Positions 34,978 to 43,771 of a stretch of 64,000 nucleotides of DNA are shown piece by piece. Source of the stretch: an uncultured Solirubrobacterales bacterium (GTDB taxonomy: Bacteria; Actinomycetota; Thermoleophilia; Solirubrobacterales; JBBDJG01); assembly GCA_963780475.1 (NCBI GenBank), contig CAWACB010000008.1, positions 617,857-681,856 of the forward strand. Direction: 5' to 3'. How positions within the stretch are numbered: position 1 is the stretch's first letter; the number at the start of each line of letters is the position of its first letter. The translations under genes and the position numbers were made by a program. The notes under the pieces are model-generated. The model ran no database searches. It saw only the letters and a list, made by a program, of their open reading frames with translations, and was not told the origin of the DNA.

Positions 34978-36228
34978 CTACAGGTAGCCCATTGGATCAA
35001 CCGGCGTGCCGTTGACCCTGACCTCGAAATGCACATGCGGGCCGAAGCAGTGACCGGTGCATCCGACCGTGCCGATCACCTGGCCCTGGCGGACGCTCTG
35101 GCCGACGTGCACCCCGATCGAGGTCTGGTGGCCGTAGCAGGTCGCCACTCCGCCGCCGTGCTGGATGCAGGTGTAGTTCCCGTAGCCACCGACCCAACCG
35201 GCGATCGCGACGCTGCCGCCGGCCGACGCGCGGATCGGCGTGCCGCTCGGTGAAGCGATGTCGACGCCCGCGTGCAGGCGGCCCCAGCGCTGGCCGAAGC
35301 CGGACACGACCGGCCCGCTCACCGGCCAGCCGTAGCTGCCACTTCCCTGCCGCTGCGGGCCCGCGGGCACCGGCGCACCCTGCAGCTGCGCGGTAACCCG
35401 CGCCGAGGCGGCTTCGAGCGCCCGCACGTCGCCCTCGAGGTCGTGGCGGTGGCCACGCGTCTCGTGCAGCGACGAGCGCTTGCGGTCGCGGGTCGACGCC
35501 AGCGCGGCTTCGCGCTCCTGGATGCCGGCGCGCGTCTCCGCCAGCTCGGCGCGCTTGGCCTCGATCGTGGCGACCGCGTTCGCCGCCTGGTCCTTGAGCG
35601 TCAGCAGCAGCGCCCGCTTGCGTGCCGAGCGCTCCTTCAGGTCGCGCACGCGGTCGACGATCGCCGAGTCCTGCTTGCCGATCCGGCTCAGGTAGTCGGC
35701 CCGGACCAGCATGTCCTCGAAACCATCGGACTCGAGCACGACGCTCACGACGTCTGGCGGGTCCGACTTGTAGATCTCGATCAGCCGCTCGGCCAGCACT
35801 CCCTGTGACTGGCGCAGCTCCTTGCGGAGCTTCAGGTAGCGCAGGTGCTCGCGGTCGTAGCGGGCCTGCACCCGCGCCAGCTCGGCACGCTTGACCGCCA
35901 GCGTGCGCTCGGCGCTCGCCTCGCTGCGGCGCAGCGAAGCGATCTCGCTCGAGAGCCCGCGGATCTTGCCGCTCAGCGCGCTGATGTCGGTGGTCAGAAC
36001 GCCCTCGCGCTGTTTGACGTCCTGCAGCTTCGCCCGCTTCTTCTCGAGCTTGGAGTTGATGGAGGAGAGCGAAGCGCCGCTGGAAAGCATCGGCAGCGCC
36101 GCGATCAGCGCAAGGCAGGCCACGGCGAGCACTGCGGCGAGCAGCGCCAAGGCGCGCGCATCGGGGCGCGCAACAGCGCGATTCATTTCGTTGCTCCGGC
36201 GTCGTGCCGGGCGGTGTGGCTCTGACAT
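34978..36228 (-). CDS. M23 family metallopeptidase with coiled-coil N-terminal region
   Basis: Has a TM/signal segment and a long coiled coil. The M23 catalytic core follows (HAGVDIASPSGTPI...GPHVHFEVRVNG). ATG at 36228 directly follows the riboswitch GAGAGAGA. Confidence 0.85.
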   Translation of the reverse strand: MSEPHRPARRRSNEMNRAVARPDARALALLAAVLAVACLALIAALPMLSSGASLSSINSKLEKKRAKLQDVKQREGVLTTDISALSGKIRGLSSEIASLRRSEASAERTLAVKRAELARVQARYDREHLRYLKLRKELRQSQGVLAERLIEIYKSDPPDVVSVVLESDGFEDMLVRADYLSRIGKQDSAIVDRVRDLKERSARKRALLLTLKDQAANAVATIEAKRAELAETRAGIQEREAALASTRDRKRSSLHETRGHRHDLEGDVRALEAASARVTAQLQGAPVPAGPQRQGSGSYGWPVSGPVVSGFGQRWGRLHAGVDIASPSGTPIRASAGGSVAIAGWVGGYGNYTCIQHGGGVATCYGHQTSIGVHVGQSVRQGQVIGTVGCTGHCFGPHVHFEVRVNGTPVDPMGYL

Positions 36229-36234
36229 ATCTCT

Positions 36235-36397
36235 CTCGAAACGCTTACGGGGTTAGCTGTCGGGCTCGCGCGAAGAGAGTCGCGCTACGCCTTGCCATCT
36301 GGGGCGATGGCGGCGATTCGCCCCAATCGAAATCTTGGGTGGTTCCCCCGCTCTTCCCGGGCGCGGGAGGTGCGCTTGCGGGAAGACTCAGCGGCAT
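36235..36397 (-). ncRNA. cyclic-di-AMP riboswitch (ydaO/yuaA class) in the M23 peptidase leader
   Basis: Minus strand reads GCCGCUGAGUC-[UUCCCG...CGGGAAG]-AGCGGGGGAACCACCCA...UUGGGGCGAAUCG...GAGCCCGACAGCUAACCCCGUAAGCGUUUCGAGAGAG. This parallels the B. subtilis ydaO element (CGCUUAAUC...AGCGGGGGACCCA...UGGGGUGAAUC...ACCCGUCAGCUAACCUCGUAAGCGUUCGAAAGGAGAG). Confidence 0.85.
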
Positions 36398-36558
36398 TGC
36401 TCCGTGATCCGTACCTCCTGTCACGTGCTTCTTGCCTGCAAAGAGCGGGAGAAAGCTAGCAGGAAGACGGCGCCGGACGCAGTTTCCCTTCCCGCCGGCG
36501 CCCTGCTGCAGCGCGGATTGCGAGGCCGTCCCGATCGGCGAGCAATATCTTGCGGCCC

Positions 36559-37365
36559 ATGGACTTGGGGCTCGCGGGACGCACGTGCGTCGTTACCGGC
36601 GCAAGCAGCGGTATCGGCGCCGAGACCGCGCGCCAGCTGTGCGCCGAGGGCGCTTCGGTGCTGCTCGTGGCGCGGGACGAGGAGCGCCTGCGGGTGGAGG
36701 TGGAGCGATGCCGCGCAGCGGGCGGCAAGGCCGAGGCGCTGTCGTGCGACGTCACGGAGGCGGATGCCGGCGAGCGGATGGCGAGCGCCGCGGAAGAGCG
36801 AGTTCGGGCCCGTGGACGTGCTGGTCAACAACGCCGGCACCGCTCGGTGGCGTGACCTCGACGACGTGCCCGACGAGGATTGGCAGGCGGCCTGGGATCT
36901 GAACGTGATGGCCTCGCTGCGGGCGATGCGCGCCGTCGTGCCGGGGATGCGCGAGCGTGGCTGGGGCCGGGTGGTGAACGTCGTCCAGCACGGCGGGGAA
37001 GCGGCCCTCGGCGCTGATGCCCGAGTACTCGGTGGCAAAGGCGGCGCAGCTCTCCCTGTCACGCCTGTACGCGGACCGGTGCGCCGCCGACGGCGTGCTG
37101 GTGAACGCGATCTGCCCGGGGCCGACCAAGTCGGAGCTGTGGGTCGGCGAGGGCGGGCTCGCGGAGCAGTCGGCCGCGATGGCGGGCGACGATCCCGCCG
37201 CGGCCCTCGAGCGCGCGGGCGCCGGCCGGCCGATCAAGCGCCTCGCCGAGGTGGAGGAGATCGCGGCCGCGATCGTGTTCCTGTGCTCCGAGCGCGCCTC
37301 CTACGTCGCCGGCGCGGCGTGGAGCGTGGACGGCGGGACCGTGCCGGTGATTATCTCAGCGAGCC
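36559..37365 (+). CDS. short-chain dehydrogenase/reductase (frame breaks near 36800 and 36982; 3' end unresolved)
   Basis: Three fragments lie in three frames: MDLGLAGRTCVVTGASSGIG... (ORF 36550), FGPVDVLVNNAG...RVVNV (ORF 36335 frame), and SSTAGKRPSALMPEYSVAKAA...AAWSVDGG (ORF 37017 frame). No in-frame stop follows soon after VDGG. Confidence 0.65.
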
Positions 37366-38284
37366 GCGGCTCCTCGATCTGGATCAGCGGGCCCTCGGTC
37401 CGCGACCCCTCGACCATCTGCAGCGTCGTGTGGTCGATGCCGAACCGGTCGTGCAGGACGCGCTCGACCCCGTGCCGCGCGCGGTCCCGGTCGGTGCCGG
37501 GAGCGACCGTGACGTGCGCGGAAAGCGCCGGGAAGCCGGAGGTCACCGTCCACACGTGCAGGTCGTGCACCTCGACGACGTCCGGGACCGAGCACATGGC
37601 CTCCCCCACCGTCGTGACGTCCATGCCTGCCGGCGCCGACTCGAGCAGCACGTCGAGCGGCTCCTTCAGCGGCCGCCATGCGCTGGCTGCGATCAGCAGT
37701 GCGATCGCGATGCTGATCAGCGGGTCGATCAGGTCCCAGCCGGTGGTCAGGATCACGGCGCCCGCCGCCACCACGCCGAGAGAGCTGATTGCGTCACCGA
37801 ATGAGTGACGCAGCACCGCCTCGAGGTTCACGTCCTCGCGCTCGCCCCCGGCCAGCACGACCGTCGCGATCGCGTTTCCCGCCAGTCCGACGAGGCCCAG
37901 GATCAGGACGCCCAACCCGGCCACCTCCGGCGGATCCGACAAGCGGCCGATCGCCGCCACCAGGACCAGCACCGCCACGACCACCAGGGTGACGCCGTTG
38001 ACGAACGCCGCCACGATCTCGCTGCGCTGGAGGCCAAAGGTCCGCGAGGGCGTCGGGGCCAGGGACGCCAGGCGGATGGCCAGCAGCGCGATGCCGATCG
38101 ATCCCACGTCCGAGAGCACATGGCCGGCCTCGGCGAGCAGGGCGAGTGAGTCCGTGAGCAGTCCCCCGGCGACCGCCGCGACCAGCATCGCGGCATTGAT
38201 CGCGAGCGCGACCCACATCCGGCGCGCGTTCTCGCGCCGGCGCAAGGTCGGGCTGCCGTGATGTTGGTGATCGTGCCCCAACAC
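37301..38284 (-). CDS. cation diffusion facilitator (CDF) family transporter
   Basis: GTG start at 38284 with a His-rich N-terminus GHDHQHHG. Motifs LLAEAGHVLSDV, HSFGDAISS, and the C-terminal domain HDLHVWTV...GIDHTTLQ. Confidence 0.8.
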   Translation of the reverse strand: MLGHDHQHHGSPTLRRRENARRMWVALAINAAMLVAAVAGGLLTDSLALLAEAGHVLSDVGSIGIALLAIRLASLAPTPSRTFGLQRSEIVAAFVNGVTLVVVAVLVLVAAIGRLSDPPEVAGLGVLILGLVGLAGNAIATVVLAGGEREDVNLEAVLRHSFGDAISSLGVVAAGAVILTTGWDLIDPLISIAIALLIAASAWRPLKEPLDVLLESAPAGMDVTTVGEAMCSVPDVVEVHDLHVWTVTSGFPALSAHVTVAPGTDRDRARHGVERVLHDRFGIDHTTLQMVEGSRTEGPLIQIEEPRLAEIITGTVPPSTLHAAPAT

Positions 38285-38292
38285 CCGCCAGG

Positions 38293-39652
38293 CTAACGCC
38301 GGAGGCCCGAGGGGCCCGATTTTTCTGTTGGTCCGCCTAGACGGCTGCCGGCTCGTGCCTGCTGCGAGGGCTCGGCCGGCGGCGTGCCCGGCGCCTGGGT
38401 GGCCACGGCGCCGTTGCCGTTCGCCTGCGCGACCTGCGACGCGAACTGCAGGCGCTCCGCATATTCGGCGGCCTGCATGCGCGCCACGACCAGCCGCTGG
38501 ATCTGGGCCGTGCCCTCGAAGATCTGGTAGATCTTCGCGTCCCGGAACCACTTCTCGAGCGGGCAATCGGACGACTGGGCAGCCGGCCCGACCAGGTCCA
38601 TCAGCGCGGTGGTCGCCCACATCGCGACGTCTCCGCCCTTCAGCTTCGACATAGAGCCCTGGCCGCCGGTCATCGGCACGCCGTTGCGGCCCATCCAAGC
38701 GGCCCGCCAGACCAGCAGCCGCGCGGCCTCGATCTCTGTCGCGACATCCGCCAGCAGCTGCTGGACGCGCTGCTGCTGGAGCAGCGGCACGCCTTCCTCC
38801 GCCCGCTCGCTGAGGTATTCGAGGGTCCACTCATAGGCGGCCTGCGCGATGCCGAGCGCCGAGGCGCCGACGGTCGGCCGTGTGATCTCGAATGTCGCCA
38901 GTGCGCCTGAGGAGCCCGAGGTCTTGCCGGAGCGCGCGCGCTCGAGCTTGCGCTCCAGCTTCTCGTCGCCGCCGAGCAGCGCTGAGCCGGGGACGCGGCA
39001 GTCCTCGAGCACGATCTCCGCGGTCTGCGACGCGCGGATGCCGAGCTTCGACTCCTTGTGGCCGAGCTTCAGCCCGGGGTTGTCGCCGGTCACGATGAAC
39101 GATGCCTGCCCGCGGTGGGCGAGCTTCGGGTCGATCGTCGCCACCACGACGGTGACGTCCGCGATGCCGCCGTTGGAGATGAATGTCTTGGTCCCGTTCA
39201 GGATCCAGTCGTCGCCGTCGCGCTTGGCCGTGGTGCGAAGTGACTTCACGTCCGAGCCGGCCTGCGGCTCGGTGACTGCGTAGGCGCCGATCTTCGGGAT
39301 TGCCCTTGGTGCCGACCACCTCGGGAATCCACTGCCCGATCTGCTCCGGCGTGCCGCTGGAGGCGATGCCCGCCGCGCAGAGCGTCGAGGCCGAGATGGC
39401 GAGCGCGATGCCCGCGCAGCCCCAGTGCATCTCCTCGGCGTAGATCGCTCCCCGCAGGCCGTCCGGATCCGTCTGCATCCCCTGGATCCACTCGACGCCG
39501 GCGAGGTTCCACTCATAGGCCTCGCGCATCACGTCGTAGGGGACGCTCTCATTGCGGTCGTGCTCGGCAGCGACCGGGCGGATGACCTCGCGGGCGAAGC
39601 GGCGGCAGTACTCCTGCCACTCCCGCGACTCGTCGCTCAGGCGGAAATCCAT
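38293..39652 (-). CDS. acyl-CoA dehydrogenase (1-nt frame break near 39297)
   Basis: The N-terminus MDFRLSDESREWQEYCRRFAREVI...VVGTKGNP (ORF 38831-39652) continues as KIGAYAVTEPQAGSDV...IFEGTAQIQR (ORF 38293-39516). Confidence 0.8.
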
Positions 39653-39707
39653 CTCTAACTCCAGCGCCTAGGCCGCCACGAGGGGCTTGGTGGGACTCGC
39701 GTGCGGC

Positions 39708-39727
39708 GGTTGACTGACGAGTCAACC
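39708..39727. promoter_or_regulatory. palindromic operator candidate GGTTGACTGACGAGTCAACC
   Basis: 8-bp perfect arms GGTTGACT/AGTCAACC with a 4-nt spacer, 56 nt upstream of the acyl-CoA dehydrogenase ATG. A near-identical copy sits at 45001-45020. Confidence 0.6.
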
Positions 39728-39837
39728 AAGTTGGATTGTACCCGCCAGAGCGACGTTTCAGCGACTTCCGTTGGAGTTCGAAGCAACTTGCGGGAACCGA
39801 CGGGGACGCCGACCGCAGCCGCTATCGTGCCCGCGGG

Positions 39838-41290
39838 ATGAGGCCTCCCCCGCCCCTGCTCGCCGCACTGCTCGCGGTGATGGCGCTCGCCGCCGGCTGC
39901 GGGGAGGGCGACGGCAATCCGATCGAGGCGCAGCTCAACGAGGAGACCGCCGCGCGCAGCGTGCTCGGATTCCCCGCGCTGGCGACGAAGAACACGACTC
40001 GAGTGGGCGGCGAGGACGAGATCGCCGACGCCGCTGCGGTCGCCCACGCGGTCTACCCCGGTGAGGGCACGCCCCGCCCGGACCTTCTGACGCTGGTCGA
40101 CGCGGGCGACTGGCAGGCCGGGATCGCAGCCGCGGCCCTGATGGCGCCGCCGCTGCGCGCACCCGTCCTGCTGACCGACGGGCCCCGACGTACCGGATGC
40201 GACCTCCGAGGCGGTGAAGACGCTCGCGCCGACGGGCTCCAAGGAGGCCGGCGGCGCCCAGGTGCTGCGGATCGGCACCGCGGGGGCACCCAAGGGCGTG
40301 CGCGCAACCTCGATCAACGCGGGCAGCCCGGCCGAGGAGGCCGCCGCGATCGACGCGTTCAATACCAAGGCGGCGGGCCAGCCCTCCGAGAACGTGATGA
40401 TCGTCTCGGCCGCGGATCCGCAGTACGCGATGCCGGCCGCCGCCTGGGCGGCGAAGTCGGGCGACGCGGTGCTCTACGTCGACCGGGACACCATCCCGGC
40501 CGCCACCCAAAAGGCGATCCGCGAGCACCAGCAGCCGGGCATCTACGTGCTCGGCCCAGAGCAGGTCATCTCCAAGAAGGTGGAGCGGGCATTGCAGAAG
40601 TTCGGCGGGGTGAAGCGGATCAAGGCGCAGACACCGGTCGAGTTCGCGATCGCGTTCGCGCGCTACACGGACGGCTCGTTCGGCTGGGGCGTGACCGACC
40701 CTGGCCACGGAATCGTGTTCGCCAACGCCGGCCGGACACAGGACGCGACCGCGGGCGCGCCGCTGTCGGGGTCCGGGAAATACGGGCCGCTCCTGCTGCT
40801 CGAGTCTCCGGTCGGCATCCCGCCGCCGGTCGACGAGTACCTGCTCGACATCCAGCCCGGCTACAGATTCGACCCCGTGCGCGGCGTTTACAATCACGCC
40901 TGGCTCATGGGCGACGAATCGGCGATCAGCCTCGCGACTCAGGCCAAGATCGACTCACTCCTGGAAATCGTGCCGCGTCCGCCGCCAGGGCAAGTCCTCT
41001 TGAGCGGAGCCGAGTCTCCCGAGCGGCTCGACCCGTCGCACCGCGTCACGGTCGAGGACATCCGCGCGCTGGTCGGCCCGGCGACGCCGCACTTCGCGCT
41101 GCAGGTACGCGACCGCGTGCGGCGGCTGATCGACGGCCTGCCCGAGGACGACCCGGTCCGCATCGAGGGCGAGCGCGCGATCGCCCGCCTCGAGGAGATG
41201 GCCCGCGAGGGCCAGGGCTCGGGGCCGGTGCAGGACCACGAGCAGCCGTTGCCGAGCTTAAAACTTCATCCCCGGCGGGAAGCGGATTAG
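39838..41290 (+). CDS. lipoprotein with cell-wall-binding-repeat-2-like modules (1-nt frame break near 40185)
   Basis: Lipobox LAAGC. RVGGEDEIADAAAVAHAVYPG...APVLLTDGP continues as DVPDATSEAVKTLAP in ORF 40214-41290. Three similar repeats are present. The last 95 aa or so look like a different module. Confidence 0.65.
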
Positions 41291-41327
41291 CGGCTCAGTC
41301 AGGCCGGCGGCTCGCGACTTGCCCGGT

Positions 41328-41434
41328 GAGCGGCCCTTGTCGAAGATGCGGGCCGGCCGCGTGCGAGTCGGCGCCGGAAGGGCGTGGCCAGCGGCCCGTG
41401 TCGAAGACGCGGGCCGAGCCGGGCAATGTGCGAG
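41328..41434. repeat. two copies of a ~45-nt hairpin-containing element between convergent genes
   Basis: AGCGGCCCtTGTCGAAGAtGCGGGCCG...GTGCGAG at 41329 is repeated as AGCGGCCCgTGTCGAAGAcGCGGGCCG...GTGCGAG at 41390. Each copy can form a CGGCCC/GGGCCG stem. Confidence 0.5.
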
Positions 41435-41455
41435 ACGGCGGCCGTCGGACGCGGC

Positions 41456-42553
41456 TTACAGCCCGGAGAGGTCCGCGACCCGCTCGCGGTGCCAGCCGGC
41501 ATCGCCGAGGAACGCCGCGTCGCAGCTGGCTCGCTTGAGCCACAGGTGCAGGTCGTGCTCCCAGGTGAAGCCGATGCCGCCGTGCACCTGCAGTGAGGCG
41601 CCGGTGACCCGCTCACCCGCGTCCGAGCAGTAGGCCTTCGCCATCGACGACGCGATCGGAGCGGTCTGCGGCTCGTTGTCCGCAGCCCAGCCGGCGAAGT
41701 AGGCAGCCGAGCGGGCGCCCTCGGTCTCGAGCAGCATCTGGGCGCACCGGTGCGACACGGCCTGGTAGGAGCCGATCGGCCGCCCGAACTGCTTGCGCTC
41801 CTTCGCGTACTCCACGGCCATTTCCAGTGCGCGCTGCGCGACCCCGACGAGCTCCGCCGCGAGTGCCGTGTAGGCGCGGGCATGGGCCAGGTCCAGCTCG
41901 CCGTCGCCTCCGAAGGCGGCGTCGTCTGAGACCTTCACGCCGTCGAGCTTGACCGCGTATTGCTTGCGGGTGCCGTCGATGGTCGGAGTCGGGACGATCG
42001 AGACGCCGGCGGCGTCGCGCTCCACGATGAACCGCCGCCCGTTGGTCGCACCGACGATCAGGAAGTCGGCCCGCGCGGCGTCGAGCACGAACAGCTTCTC
42101 GCCGTTCAGCGTGTAGCCGCCGTTCGATTTCTCCGGCTCGAGGGAGATGTCGTCCGGCGTCCAGCCCGCGCCCGTGTCCCAGATCGCGAGCGTGCCGCGC
42201 TGCTCGCCGGTCGCCAGCGGCGCCAGATAGCGCTCACGCTGTGCGTCGGTCGCGCCGCCTTCCAGCTCGAGCGCTGCCAGGGTGGTCGAGAAGATCGGGC
42301 CCGGCGCCAGCGCGTAGCCGAGCTGCTCGAAGAGCACCACCAGGTCCACCGTTCCGAGCCCCTGTCCACCGTTGTCCTCGGAGACGAGCAACCCGGGCCA
42401 GTTGAGCTCGGACATCTCGCTCCAGAGGCGCTCGTCGAAGGCGTCGTCTGATGCGGTTGCCTCGCGCAGCTGGTCGGACTTGAGCCGCGACGCGAGGAAC
42501 TCGCGCGCCGCGCCTTGGAGCATCTGCTGCTCGTCGGTGAGGTCGAAGTTCAT
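41456..42553 (-). CDS. acyl-CoA dehydrogenase family protein (no YEGT-type catalytic motif seen)
   Basis: 365 aa with an ACAD fold pattern and C-terminal HGGIGFTWEHDLHLWLKR. Confidence 0.8.
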   Translation of the reverse strand: MNFDLTDEQQMLQGAAREFLASRLKSDQLREATASDDAFDERLWSEMSELNWPGLLVSEDNGGQGLGTVDLVVLFEQLGYALAPGPIFSTTLAALELEGGATDAQRERYLAPLATGEQRGTLAIWDTGAGWTPDDISLEPEKSNGGYTLNGEKLFVLDAARADFLIVGATNGRRFIVERDAAGVSIVPTPTIDGTRKQYAVKLDGVKVSDDAAFGGDGELDLAHARAYTALAAELVGVAQRALEMAVEYAKERKQFGRPIGSYQAVSHRCAQMLLETEGARSAAYFAGWAADNEPQTAPIASSMAKAYCSDAGERVTGASLQVHGGIGFTWEHDLHLWLKRASCDAAFLGDAGWHRERVADLSGL

Positions 42554-42557
42554 CCGG

Positions 42558-43736
42558 CTACCTCAGCTTCGGCAGCCCGAGCACGCGCTCGGCCACGATG
42601 TTCTTGAGGATCTCCGTGGTCCCGCCCTCGATCGAGTTCGCGCGCGAGCGCAGGAACGCGTACTGCCAATCGCCGTCGGCGATCGCGTACTCGGAGTCGC
42701 CGGTCAGCTGGCTGTAGGGGCCCTCGAGGTCCATCGCCAGCTCCATCAGCGCCTGGTTCAGGTCCGCCCACTGCCACTTGCCGAGCGATCCCTCCGGGCC
42801 CGGGACGCCGGTCTTCATGATCTTCGTCAGGCCTCGGTAGTTGGTCAGGCGGAAGATCTCCGACTCGATCATCAGCTGGGCGAGCTTGTCGCGGACCACC
42901 GGGTCCTTGGCGAACGACTTGCCGTTGCGGCCGTTGGAGCCAGCCAGCTCGATCACCTTGCGCAGCGCGATCTGAATCGCCGCCTGAGCCGCGAACGCCA
43001 GGCCGGCCCGCTCGTTCATGAGCGTCGTGATCGCAACGGACCATCCGTTGCCGACGCCGCCGACGACGTTCTCCTCCGGGATCCGGACCTCCTCCATGAA
43101 GATCTCGTTGAACTCCGCCTCGCCCGTGATCTGGCGCAGCGGCTTGACCTCGATGCCGTCCTGCTCCATGTCCATCAGGAAGTACGTCAGGCCCTGATGC
43201 TTCGGAGCGTCGGGGTCGGTGCGGGCGACCAGCATGCACCACTTGGACACGTGGGCGAGCGTGGTCCACACCTTCTGCCCGGTCACGCGCCACTCGCCAT
43301 TCGACTTCACGGCGCGCGTCTTGAGCGAGGCCAGGTCCGAGCCCGCCTCGGGCTCCGAGAAGCCCTGACACCAGATCTCCTCGGCGGACAGGATCGGCTC
43401 GAGGTAGCGCTGCTTCTGCTCCTCGGTGCCGTGGGTGATCACCACGGGCCCGCCCATCGCGAGGCCGATCACGTTGGCCGTCCGAGGGGCATCGGCGCGC
43501 ACCATCTCCTCGTAGAAGATGGCCTGCTCGATCAGCGTCGCGCCGCGGCCGCCGTACTCCTTCGGCCACGATACTCCGGCCCATCCGCTGTCGTGCAGCT
43601 TGCGCTGCCAGTTGCGCGCGAACTCGAAGCTTTCCTCTTCCTCGCCGCTCGGCGGCTTGCCGGGGTGGTTCTGCTCGAGCCACCCCCGCAGCTCGTCACG
43701 AAAGGCGGTCTCGTTGGGGCTCAGTGTGAGATCCAC
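42558..43736 (-). CDS. acyl-CoA dehydrogenase
   Basis: GTG start at 43736 after GGAGGGGAGG. Motifs WCQGFSEPEAGSDL and IEGGTTEI (catalytic Glu context). 392 aa. Confidence 0.85.
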   Translation of the reverse strand: MDLTLSPNETAFRDELRGWLEQNHPGKPPSGEEEESFEFARNWQRKLHDSGWAGVSWPKEYGGRGATLIEQAIFYEEMVRADAPRTANVIGLAMGGPVVITHGTEEQKQRYLEPILSAEEIWCQGFSEPEAGSDLASLKTRAVKSNGEWRVTGQKVWTTLAHVSKWCMLVARTDPDAPKHQGLTYFLMDMEQDGIEVKPLRQITGEAEFNEIFMEEVRIPEENVVGGVGNGWSVAITTLMNERAGLAFAAQAAIQIALRKVIELAGSNGRNGKSFAKDPVVRDKLAQLMIESEIFRLTNYRGLTKIMKTGVPGPEGSLGKWQWADLNQALMELAMDLEGPYSQLTGDSEYAIADGDWQYAFLRSRANSIEGGTTEILKNIVAERVLGLPKLR

Positions 43737-43771
43737 TTCGCCTCCCCTCCCCGGCCGTCTGGCCCTCGGTC

